Assembly: GCA_040766525.1 (NCBI GenBank)
Contig: JAXGQI010000003.1
Coordinates: forward strand, 16,335-80,334
Direction of reading: 5' to 3'
From: Clostridiales bacterium
GTDB taxonomy: Bacteria > Bacillota > Dehalobacteriia > UBA7702
DNA length: 64,000 nucleotides
Both the position numbers and the translations under genes were made by a program. This document shows positions 30,324 through 40,990 of this stretch, piece after piece (within the stretch, counting starts at the first letter, position 1; each line of letters starts with the position of its first letter). The notes under the pieces are model-generated. The model saw only the letters and a list, made by a program, of their open reading frames with translations, searched no databases and was not told where the DNA came from.

Positions 30324-30679
30324 TATTTTGTCCTCTCAATTTCCACCGCCGCGGGAAAATAAGCGCTCTTCCCCGGCGCCTTCGGTTTATCCACCCGCAC
30401 CTTGACCTTGTTAACCGCAAATGCTGCCAAAATTGCGGCAGCGATCGTTTCCGCCAAAGTTTCTATCAGGTCGAAACGCCGTTCCAGCGTAATCTCTCTC
30501 ACCATTTCATAGACTGCGCCGTAATCAACGGTATCGAGTAAATCATCGCTTTTCCCCGCCGGGGCCAAATCAAGATCGAGAACAAGGGAGACATAAAAAT
30601 CCTGGCCCTCTTCCTTTTCCTGCGGTAAGACCCCGTGATAAGCGTAAAAATGAAGCTGCTCCAAATAAATTTTATCCAT
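30323..30679 (-). CDS. folB: dihydroneopterin aldolase
   Basis: MDKIYLEQLHFYAYHGVLPQEKEEGQ... and DTVDYGAVYE. Start trimmed to ATG 30679 (the track ORF runs 38 codons further into folP). Confidence 0.88.
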   Translation of the reverse strand: MDKIYLEQLHFYAYHGVLPQEKEEGQDFYVSLVLDLDLAPAGKSDDLLDTVDYGAVYEMVREITLERRFDLIETLAETIAAAILAAFAVNKVKVRVDKPKAPGKSAYFPAAVEIERTK

Positions 30680-31871
30680 TGTAAACGCCCCGAACGATCG
30701 CATCCGACATCTTGGCAATCCGCACCATTTCCTTAACATCGTGAACACGCACCATATCGGCGCCGCGGGCGATACCCAAAGCGACGGTAGCACCGGTGCC
30801 TTCTACCCGCTCTTCCGGGGGCAGATCCAAAACATGGCCGATCGTCCGTTTTCTGGAACTGGCCAATAAAAGCGGCATGCCAAAGCATTTGAAATCCGCC
30901 AGTTTATTCATAATCGCTAAATTATGATCCACATCCTTCCCAAAACCGATCCCCGGATCAAGGATGATCTGCTCCCGGCGGCAACCGCCGGCGAGGGCCA
31001 AATCGATACTCTTTTGGAAGAACTGGTACATCTCGCTGAACAGGTCTTCGTAAACCGCTTCCGTCTTATTGTGCATTAAGATGAGGGGGCAATCATACTT
31101 TGCCGCCACCGTGGCCATCTGATCATCCGCCTGGCAACCCCACACATCATTGATGATTTGCGCACCGGCCGCCATGGCGGCGTCCGCTGTGGCCGCCTTA
31201 TAGGAATCAATGGAAACCGGGATCTTCAATTTCCCGGCTAAGGCTTCAATCACCGGCAATACCCGGCGCATCTCCTCATCCGCATCCACCGGATCATGAC
31301 CGGGCCGGGTCGATTCCCCGCCCACATCGATGATATCTGCTCCGTCTTCTTCCATCTGCAAAGCATGGGCAATGGCTTTTTCCGTATCAAACCAGGTGCC
31401 GCCATCAGAAAAGGAATCAGGGGTAACATTCAAAATCCCCATGATCAGCGTTTTCTTCCCGAATTCCATTTCCCCGCCCCGATAGGTCATCACCCTTTCC
31501 CGGGGGAGCACCGCTTGCATCAATTGGATCAACTCTTCGGAAAACTTCGGCAGCCCAAAAGGCTGCAGCTTCATTTTCTTCGCCAAGGCTTTTAACTGGA
31601 GCCGGTTTCCCATGAGCAAAACATTCGTAGGCCCGGCATTGTCCATCAAGGCGTCACGATGGGTAGCCGCGTCGCCGCCCAAAGAAAGCATCGTCTCCTT
31701 CAAAATATGTACAGCAGGGTTTTTTACATTTTCCACCAAAACATTATAATGCTGGGTCTTTTGTCCCATATACCCGGACCCGAAATCTTCGCTCTTCACA
31801 AACTGAGCGATAAATTCTCGCGCCTCCGTTGGCGTGCGCAGGTCTACCATGCGTAAATTAAAACGGCCCAT
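30672..31871 (-). CDS. folP: dihydropteroate synthase with an N-terminal extension of about 130 aa
   Basis: GILNVTPDSFSDGG and DIIDVGGESTRPG motifs begin near residue 140. Start at ATG 31871 behind a GGGAGG RBS. Confidence 0.88.
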   Translation of the reverse strand: MGRFNLRMVDLRTPTEAREFIAQFVKSEDFGSGYMGQKTQHYNVLVENVKNPAVHILKETMLSLGGDAATHRDALMDNAGPTNVLLMGNRLQLKALAKKMKLQPFGLPKFSEELIQLMQAVLPRERVMTYRGGEMEFGKKTLIMGILNVTPDSFSDGGTWFDTEKAIAHALQMEEDGADIIDVGGESTRPGHDPVDADEEMRRVLPVIEALAGKLKIPVSIDSYKAATADAAMAAGAQIINDVWGCQADDQMATVAAKYDCPLILMHNKTEAVYEDLFSEMYQFFQKSIDLALAGGCRREQIILDPGIGFGKDVDHNLAIMNKLADFKCFGMPLLLASSRKRTIGHVLDLPPEERVEGTGATVALGIARGADMVRVHDVKEMVRIAKMSDAIVRGVYNG

Positions 31872-31891
31872 TTCCCTACCTCCCAATCAAT

Positions 31892-32401
31892 TCAATATCT
31901 CACCTCGGGTCTCTTTTCCCGGTCGAACTTTTTACAGCGATCCAGCACAGGGCAAGTTGAACAGGGGCGCGACTCCTTATCGGCTTGATAAAGCAGACGG
32001 GAAAGCCCGGCATGTCCCTGTTCTCGATGGTTTTTGATCGCTTCCAAGATCAAATTGATCTCACCTGCGGGAAAGCCCGCCGCAAGTAGCAATGGGCGGG
32101 CTAAAACCGCGCTTTCCGCGGCATGATCCAATGTAGGATATTCATATTCTTTGAAACGCCCAATATCATGGAGCAAAGCTGCGGCGTAAAGCAGCTCCTT
32201 GATGTTGTCAAGGTGGGGCAAAGACAAATCATCGTCCTTACTCTCCAAATAGAGAATATATGCGACCCTGGCAGTCTGCCAAAAATGCTCCATATCATGT
32301 TTGCAGAAAACCCGCGTCTGTTCCCATTTTGTATTTTGGGCACAATACTCCTGATAAATGGGATCAGACAAGATCTTCTCTATTCTTTCCATCCGCACCA
32401 T
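31892..32401 (-). CDS. HD-domain phosphohydrolase
   Basis: H...HDIGR motif; 166-169 aa; lies between ftsH and folP. Confidence 0.7.
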   Translation of the reverse strand: MVRMERIEKILSDPIYQEYCAQNTKWEQTRVFCKHDMEHFWQTARVAYILYLESKDDDLSLPHLDNIKELLYAAALLHDIGRFKEYEYPTLDHAAESAVLARPLLLAAGFPAGEINLILEAIKNHREQGHAGLSRLLYQADKESRPCSTCPVLDRCKKFDREKRPEVRY

Positions 32402-34333
32402 AAGTGAAATTTAAGTTGATGCCGGGCTGGAGATCCGTCTTTTCCGATCTCGGCTCCCGTACCGGCGTCTCCTTTTCCCCTTCATTATCGTCATCATTGC
32501 GAAGATCTTCTACCGGTTCGCTCTGTTCTTTCAGTTTTTCGCCTGTCATCAAAGCGATAAACTCTTCTGCTTCGATGGTTTCCTGTTCATAGAGGGTCTG
32601 CGCAACGAGATGCAGTTTATCCATATGGGTTTCTAAAAGCTCTCGGCATTTCTCATAGGCGGCGTCGATCATCTTCCGGGCTTCTTTATCGATCGCCCAG
32701 GCAACCTCTTCGGAATAGGCTTTGTCTTGGGTCAATTCACGGCCTAAAAAGACCTGGTCTTGGCTCTTCCCGAAGGACATGGGCCCCAACTCTTTCGACA
32801 TACCGTAACGGGTGATCATCTTCCGTACCGTTGCTGTTGCCCGTTCTAAGTCATTTTGGGCGCCGGTGCTGATATCCTTCAAGACAAGTTCTTCCGACAA
32901 ACGACCGGCCAACAGAACCACGATCTCATCTTCCATATGGGATTTGGTGACATAATTCCGATCTTCCTTGGGCAACATTAAGGTATAGCCGCCGGCCTGT
33001 CCCCGCGGAATGATGGAAATCTTATGGACAGGGTCTGTATTGGGGGTAAAATACGCCGCCACAGCATGACCCGCCTCATGATATGATACAAGCTTACGCT
33101 CGCTCTGACTGATCACTTTACTCTTCTTTTCCGGGCCTGCAATCACGCGTTCACTGGCTTCTTCCATTTCCGCCATATGGATCTTCCGCAAATTGCGCCG
33201 GGCGGAAAGCAAGGCCGCTTCATTAACCATATTGGCCAAATCGGCCCCGGTAAAACCGGGGGTTCTCCGGGCCAAGATTTCCAAATTAACATCATCGGCC
33301 AAGGGTTTCCCTTTGATATGGACACGCAAGATCTCTTCCCGGCCTTTGACATCAGGAATGCCGACAGAAATCTGCCGATCAAAACGACCGGGGCGTAAGA
33401 GCGCCGGATCCAAAATATCGGGCCGGTTGGTGGCTGCAATCACGATGATACCGGAATTTTCGGCGAAACCATCCATTTCCACCAAAAGCTGATTCAATGT
33501 CTGCTCTCTTTCATCATGGCCACCGCCGACGCCGGCACCGCGCTGGCGGCCGACCGCGTCGATTTCATCGATGAAAATGATACAGGGAACATTCTTTTTC
33601 GCCTGTTCGAACAAATCACGCACCCGGGAAGCCCCGACCCCGACGAACATTTCCACAAAGTCGGAACCGCTGATGGAGAAGAAGGGAACCCCCGCTTCCC
33701 CGCTACAGCTTTGGCTAAAAGCGTTTTCCCGGTACCGGGATAGCCGAAGAGCAAAACGCCTTTGGGGATCTTCGCTCCCAGCATATTGTATTTGCGATTA
33801 TCTTTCAAAAAGTCAACGACTTCCTGCAATTCTTCCCGTACTTCATCAACGCCGGCAACATCGGCAAAGGTGATCTTCTGGGCATCAGCGGACTGTAATT
33901 TCGCTCGGCTTTTCCCGAATTGCATCACCTTTGAACCGCCGCCCTGGCTTTGGTTCATCAGGAAGAAAAAGAGCCCGACCAAGAGCAAGATCGGCAATAC
34001 GGTCCCCAACAAACTAAGCCACCAGGGACTGCCCGCCGCCTGTTCAAAAGAAAAGCTCCCGCCGTTCTCTTCGACCAAAGTCCGAAGACCGGAATCCGGT
34101 TCAATCGTGGCGGCATACAGGCTGTTTTCACTGTCCTCTCCTTGTACTGTCCAGGCATTTTCATCTGCAACGGCCGTTACTTTGGAGAAATCACCCGCTT
34201 CTACTTTTGTGTAAAACTCAGATGAAGTTAACTCCGTGATCTCTGTACCGGAGCCGCCTCCGATGAATTGAAAAAAAGTGATGACCAAAAATACAATCAG
34301 TATATAAATGGTGAGATTCTTAAAGAACTTCAA
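32364..34333 (-). pseudogene. ftsH: ATP-dependent zinc metalloprotease FtsH, interrupted by a single 1-nt frameshift
   Basis: N-terminal ORF 33494-34333 reads through [16 protein letters not shown] and then goes out of frame. ORF 32364-33656 continues (F)[16 protein letters not shown]...HEAGH. Adding one G to the G4 run (C4 at 33698-33701 on the plus strand) restores [18 protein letters not shown]. Confidence 0.9.
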
Positions 34334-34934
34334 AGTAGTCCTCCCTTCAAAAAACGCTTCCTAAACAAAAGTTTATCTCTCTATTATGTCTGCTTACGGC
34401 TATTTTATCTGTTTATTATAGCATAGTAATCCGTCTTTTCAAAGTCTTTCACCGGGAATTCTCAAAATATTACATCCTCCTGCAATCGGTGCTCCCAGCG
34501 AATTTTAGACTCGCGGTAACCAGTTGAGAGAAACTGGCAGAGGCAATATGCAAAAAAGTCCTGCCATTTTCCCCCGGCTTTGCCCAGCGTTTCTTCATCT
34601 TCGTACTTTGGTGATCAATCAAAAAAACTCTGTATTTACACAAAAGGATCCTGTTGCTGCAAGCTACAAAGGAGCGTATTTAGGAAGAGCGCCCTGCAAT
34701 CGCCCCGAAGGGTCTGCTGGCCGTTACAATCGCCTCTTGAATGATTTTATGCCCCAGCTGCATTTTTTATTTTAATATTGTTTTAAAATTTGGGCAAGTA
34801 CCTGTCCGGCCACGCGAGGGCAAAAGCCGCTACCAAATGTTATTGATAAAATAATCTGATTCTTTGACAGTACCATCCCTTTTCTGATAAAATATAAATG
34901 TTTAGGTTATTAAGTGAGATAGGAGTTGAACACC

Positions 34935-36465
34935 GTGAGTATCGTAGAGCAAAAACTTGCTGAATTAAAAGAAAAGCAAGCCATCAATGGTTTGGGCGGC
35001 GGAGAAAAGAGAATTGCCGCGCAACATGAGAAAGGGAAACTAACCGCTGATGAAAGGATAGAAGCACTCTTTGATAAAGGCACCTTTGTGGAAGTCGACA
35101 GTTTCGTCAGCCACCGCTGCCATGAATTCGGAATGGAAGGGGCGACAATGCCGCGTGACGGGATCGTGACCGGCTATGGCCAGATTGATGGTCGCATCGT
35201 CTATGCCTATGCCCAAGACTTCACGGTATCGGCGGGGTCTTTAGGGGAAATGCACGCACAAAAAATCTGCAAAGTCATGGACTTGGCAATGAAAGCGGGC
35301 GCTCCCTGCATCGGCATCAATGATTCCGGCGGCGCCAGAATCCAGGAAGGCGTCGACGGCTTGAACGGTTATGGCGAGATTTTCAAGAGAAATTCTCTCG
35401 CATCCGGCGTAATCCCCCAAATCTCCGTGATCATGGGGCCTTGTGCCGGCGGCGCTGTTTACTCTCCCGCATTGACCGACTTCATCTTCATGGTTGATAA
35501 GACAAGCCAAATGTTCTTGCAGCCACAACGTCGTCAAACGGTTACCGGAAGCGTCAGCGCGGTGAAGCGGGCGCCAGACCCACAATAAAGAGCAGAATGC
35601 GCTTCTATGCTAAAAATGAAGGTTGCATCCCGCGCAGATCAAGCAACTTCCGGTAAGCTATATCCTCAATAATGAGGGAACCGGCCCCGGCCAATCAATC
35701 AATCGATCCCATCGATCAGGCGGAAAAATCTTTTGCGCAAATTGATCCCCGATCAAATGAACGGGCTTTATGACATGATGGGCGCAATCAAGGCCATCGC
35801 CGATGATGGCGAGTTCTTCCCAGTACAACTGTCTATCACTAAAAATATCATTACCGGTTTCTGTACTTGGGCGGCAGCTTCCGTTAGGGTCATCGCCAAT
35901 CAACCCAAATTCTTTGCCCGGCGCCCTCGATATCAATTGCTCCGATAAGGCCGCTCGTTTCATTCGTTTCTGTGACGCCTTCAATATCCCCATCGTCACC
36001 TTCGTCGACACCCCGGGATATCTCCCCGGTGTTAAGCGAAAGAGGGCGGCATCCTCCGCCATGGGGCAAAATTACTCTATGCATATTCAACAAATGTGCC
36101 GAAGATGACCGTCATCACCAAAAGCTTTGTGGGCATATGCCTGCCATGTGCTCCCAAAGCTGCTGAACGCCGACACAGTTATCGCCTGGCCGACTGCGGA
36201 AATCGCCGTCATGAGGGGCACAAGGCGCTGCCAATATCGTTTTCGAAAAGAAATCCAGAAACGCCGAAGACAAGACGCCAAGCGCCAGAAGAAAAATCGC
36301 CGAATATGAAACGGCACCGTATCCCTATTGCTGCGCTTCCCGCGGTTTTTTGTCGACATGACCAATCGATCCTGCCGAAACCCGCTATTATCTGATTCGC
36401 TCGCCCGAAACGATAAGCAGATCGAAGACCGTCCGGAAAAAACACGGCGTATGCCGCCGCTTTAA
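34935..36465 (+). pseudogene. acyl-CoA carboxylase carboxyltransferase (propionyl-/methylmalonyl-CoA type beta subunit), heavily frame-disrupted
   Basis: The first ~195 aa are intact ([11 protein letters not shown]..., [23 protein letters not shown]). After that there are many frame changes, but motifs stay readable ([49 protein letters not shown], terminal MPPL*). Confidence 0.85.
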
Positions 36466-37644
36466 TCATAATATCATTATCATAACCGCACGTCAAACGA
36501 GTGGTTGCTTCAATTCCTGCTTCAGGATTTTGCGACCAGCGTCACCCGCTGGGCGCTGGCGCTCTGTTGATCGAAATTTCAAACCCATTTCACAATTTAT
36601 GGACATTTTGATCATAGTGACCCGAAAAAACACATACATTATATAATAAACATTTTTTAAAGAGCACCGAATTATTTTTTCGCTATATTCACGCTACGCT
36701 TTCGCTATCGCTGAGCTCATATCAAAACACACCCCATATGATAACCATACTATATGTTTCCTTTCAATCGCACCGCCATATAATCAATAATCATCAATAT
36801 GCCCGTCTCTCATGCGCAGTCGAAGGCAAAATGCATCGCTAAAAGAGAACCCCAACACTCCTTCTTCCGGTACAGTATGTCCTAACTCCTAGTGATTCTA
36901 CATTCCCTACTTCTAAGTCACAAAACCATGTGGGAAATATCTCAATAATTCGACTTTGTTCGTTCACAAATAATGCAAATACGATCCGAAGAATCCAGCC
37001 AAACTTTTCAAACCGCTCCCATTTTCTCTTTCCTATATAGATCGTACAAAAAAAATGAGCCTCCGAGAAGAAAATAATTCTAAAATAAATTCAACACTCG
37101 CTACATTCGATGTCCCAAAACACGGCAACAAAATCTTTTTCTTGCTTAATTTCGCGCAAATTTTCTACGAATTCACCGGCATATTTTTGCGTTATTTTGC
37201 AGAGCTGGCCCGAGCAATCATTGCATTAAAACCGCCAAAAATTTTTCATTTATCCTATTCAATATTTATAATCGACATTTTGATTCTGCCGGTATTTTTG
37301 TCGGCCCAGTTTTTGTAACAAAAAAATATGATATAAAAATATTGCGATCTCCTGCGAGATCGAGCATAATTTTGCTCCAAAACCATATCAAACTGCCTTT
37401 TTCAGAGCTTTCCAATAAAATTTGAGGGTAAAATTTTTGTTTTTCCCCAGCACCCCTGGGGCTACGCCAAAATTTCACTATAAAATTTTCGATTTATTGA
37501 ATAATGGTATAATTCGCTAAAACATCCAGTAGTACGCCGCAAAATTTTTGTAAACATTTGTTTTGCGCAAAAGGCATAACTTTTGTGCATCCAGATCAAT
37601 ATGAAGATTTATGTTCGGCAAAAATGAAAGGAGTCATCAAACCT

Positions 37645-39286
37645 ATGGTTAAGGAAAAAGTCGTTATAAAAAAATCCGTGTTTTTCCCTCCGGCGATATT
37701 GATTTTGGCTTTCGTGATGATTGGATTGCTTTTCCCTCTCAATTTGCAACAGGTGCTTCGGCAACATTGAGTTTGATTCTGAAAAATTTCACTTGGTTTT
37801 ATGCATAGGTGCTACACTACTATTAGCCTTTTGTATGGGCCGGTTTCAGTAAATATGGGAAGATCAAACTTGGAGGACCAAATGCAAAACCAGAATTATC
37901 CACTCCTTCCTGGTTTTTCATTTCTCTTTGCGCCGGTATTGCTACCGGGATCGTCTGGGGTGTTGCGGAACCATGACCCACTTCATGAGTCCTCCTGCTT
38001 TCTTAGGGATTAGAGGGATTTTCTGAAAGACCGGAGAAATCGCCGTTCTCTTTCAGCCTTCCACTAGACCTTTCATACATATGGTATTTATGTAAGCGTC
38101 GCACTTTGTATGGCATTTTTCTACTACAACTGCAAAAAACCGTTCCTCTGTTCTTCCGGCATGTATGGCCTGCTTGGCGATCGAATCAACGGCGCTTGGG
38201 GTCGTGCGATTGATGCGATTGCGATTTTTGCAATTCTTGGCGGGATCGGCACCTCCTATGGTTTCGGAATTATGCAAATCGGCAGCGGTTTGAATTTCCT
38301 TTGGGGCATTCCTATTAGTAATATCCTTTATATAGGTATCGTTGTCGTAATCACTGCCTGCTATGTGATTTCCAGCTACACAGGATTATATAAAGGTATC
38401 CGATACTTAAGCAATTTCAATGTTGGACTCTATTTCTTTTTACTCTTGTTCCTAATCATTCTTGGGCCCACTATTTTTGTTCTTGATGGTACGATACAAG
38501 CGATCGGCCAATACTTCTCCAGTCTGGTTAAAATGTCATTCACAACTGACTTCATGTTTGCCACGGGTTGGTCCGGCGGCTGGTCCATTTTCTATTGGGC
38601 CTGGTGGCTTGCGTATGCTCCTATCGTCGGCCTATTCTTCGTTCGCTGTGCTTATGGCCGTACCATACGGCAATTTGTCGTTGTCAACCTTTTATTGCCA
38701 TCCCTCTTCGGCCTCATTTGGTTCGGCGTATTCGGAAATGCGGCTATTTACATCGATTTCTTCCAAAATGGCGGCATTGCCAATTTGATTGCAGAAAGAG
38801 GCAATGAAGTGTCCATGTTTGCCCTCTTCAACGAGTTCCCGCTCTCTGGGTTGACTTGCACCGTCGCCATGTTGGCAGTAGCAATCTCATTCATCACCCT
38901 TTCCGATTCCATGACTTCAACCATCGCCATGATGACCGTTGAAAAAGACTTTACAATGAATGAGGGCGACACGGCAGCAGAGAAAATGGAAGCTCCAGCT
39001 GCATCAAAGATTTTCTGGGGTATTCTCATGGGAGCTTTGGCATATGTGCTGCTAACAACAGGAGGTGCTTCAGCCTTACAATCAAGTGTTATTGCCTGCG
39101 GCCTACCAATTCCTGGTTATCCAACTGCTAATGGCAGCCGGTTATATCAAAGCAATGCTGCACGTTGACGAATATGATGTCGTCTCTTCTCGTGGATTCC
39201 TTGCTAAGTTAAGACATGGCGGTGATGAAAAGACGCCAGAGCTGGAAGAAATCAAATCAGGCGCCACCGCAACAGAAAATATCTAA
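37645..39286 (+). pseudogene. BCCT-family (betaine/carnitine/choline) transporter, frame-disrupted
   Basis: The central 352-aa ORF carries the BCCT signature (WSIFYWAWWLAYAPIVGLFFVRCAYGRTIRQF). The N-terminal ~150 aa and C-terminal ~70 aa are in other frames. Length 1642 nt is not a multiple of 3. Confidence 0.85.
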
Positions 39287-39375
39287 ACAATCATCATGCA
39301 AAAAAATAAATATTCATGCGACGAATTGCATAATTTTCTGCTATATAAAAATTTTAATTTCTCATTGGATTAAAG

Positions 39376-39391
39376 TGGCATGTGGATTGCT
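39376..39391 (+). promoter_or_regulatory. sigma54 (-24/-12) promoter
   Basis: TGGCATgtggaTTGCT: GG and GC are exactly 12 nt apart. It lies 71 nt upstream of the ATG at 39462, and a sigma54 activator gene is in the same cluster. Confidence 0.7.
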
Positions 39392-39461
39392 ATAACGTAA
39401 AACAAAATGATGAACCTTGCAAACGCAAGTTTCTTAGCAAAAAGGAGGATATCATAACAAA

Positions 39462-40902
39462 ATGAGAACAACCAATTATGTGACGAATCAGGGAACCTAT
39501 TTCAAAATGTTTACCAAGGAACAATGCCAAGAATTGCATTTTGCCGCTCTGGAAGTTTTGGAATCCGTAGGCGTAGAGATGCATAGCGAAAAAGCTTTGG
39601 AGCTTATTAAAAAAGCTGGTGCTTTAGTGGATGGTAAAAGAGTAAAAATACCTGCCTCCATGGTAGAAAAAGCTCTGCGCAGCGCTCCATCTCGCGTCGT
39701 ATTGGCTAACCGTGACGGAGAAAGAACCGTCTTTCTTGAAGGACACAAATTCTATTATGGCCCCGGACCTACCACCACCTTCATTATGGATCCGATTACC
39801 GGAGAAAGAAGATTTGGCCAATATTCCGATACCAAAAGAGCAGCTCGGGTCATGGATGCTCTACCCAACATCGATTTCTTGATGGACTTTGGAACGATCT
39901 ATGATGTCCCTGAAGAACTGATTGACGTCTACACATTTGAGGCCATGCTCACCAGTTCCAAGAAACCTATCGTTCACTGGGCTTACAATACCAAAAACTG
40001 CAAGGCAATGATTGATATGGCTTCTGAAATTTTTGGCGGCCTGGAATATCTCCAACGCAATCCGAACTTTGCTATTTACACCGAACCGATCACTCCCTTA
40101 GTACATGAATTCGATGCTCTTGATATCTCCATGCTGATGGCGGAACATGGACTTCCCAGCATTTACACACCCGCACCCCAGGCAGGGGTTACGGCACCCG
40201 CTACCATGGCCGGCACCATTGTTATCGCCCTTTGCGAATCTCTTAGCGGCCTAGTCTTGAACCAATTGGTCCGTGAAGGCGCGCCCTTCATCATGGGCGG
40301 CGTTATCACCATGATGGATCCAAGAAGCATGCAAATCACGTACGGCTCCCCCGAATTTAATATCTTGGCTGCAGGACTTTCCGAAATGGCACATTTTTAC
40401 AATATTCCCATGTTCAGCACAGCTGGTTGTGTTGATTCCAAAGCCGAGGATCAACAATCCGGCGCCGAAATGGCCACCAGTCTCTTGATGGCCGCCTTAA
40501 GCGGTGGAAATCTCATCCATGACGTTGGTTATTTTGAAAGCGGCATGAGCACCTCTTTGGTTAACTTGGTCATGGCGGATGAAATCCTTGGCTCCGTTAA
40601 ACGGATCGTTAAGGGAATCGAAGTCAATAAAGGGAAACCCTGGCTATTGATGTAATCAAAGCGTTGGCCCCGATGGAAACTTTATGGCAGAAGAACACAC
40701 CTTCAACAACTTCAAAAAAGAATGGTGGCTGCCTCAGATGTATAACAGAGAACGTCATGCAATATGGACCGCAAACGGCAGCAAAACCTTTGGTGATGCC
40801 GCCAAAGAACGTCTCATGGGTATCATCAATGATTACACCGTAGAAGAATTACCCCGCGCCACCACCGATAAATTCCAAAAAATTATCAATGATCTAAAAT
40901 AA
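39462..40902 (+). pseudogene. MttB-superfamily (non-pyrrolysine) methyltransferase with two 1-nt deletions near the 3' end
   Basis: 397 aa read cleanly with no internal TAG (so not Pyl-type). The frame goes 0->2 at AAAGGGAAA (about 40628-40637) and 2->1 at TTGGCCCC (about 40665-40670). The corrected reading is ...VNKEETLAIDVIKALGPDGNFMAEEHTF.... Confidence 0.85.
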
Positions 40903-40923
40903 GTACCATCCATAAATATACCC

Positions 40924-40945
40924 GGGCGGCGTTAAAACGCCGCCC
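40924..40945 (+). terminator. stem-loop after the first mttB-like gene
   Basis: GGGCGGCGttaaaaCGCCGCCC; no T-tract. Confidence 0.4.
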
Positions 40946-40990
40946 AACCCCCACACATTACGAAACTATACAATCACTAGGAGGCACAAT

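Noticed and set aside
32364-32401. 38-nt overlap between the ftsH tail and the HD-domain gene as a recoding or regulatory feature
   Set aside because: FtsH C-termini vary, and the HD gene has an alternative ATG (32392). The overlap is most simply explained by start-site uncertainty or another small indel.
37571-37590. Possible sigma54 promoter AGGCATaacttttgTGCAT upstream of the BCCT relic
   Set aside because: The GG-to-GC spacing is 14 rather than 12 and there is no TTGC at the right distance, so it is probably chance.
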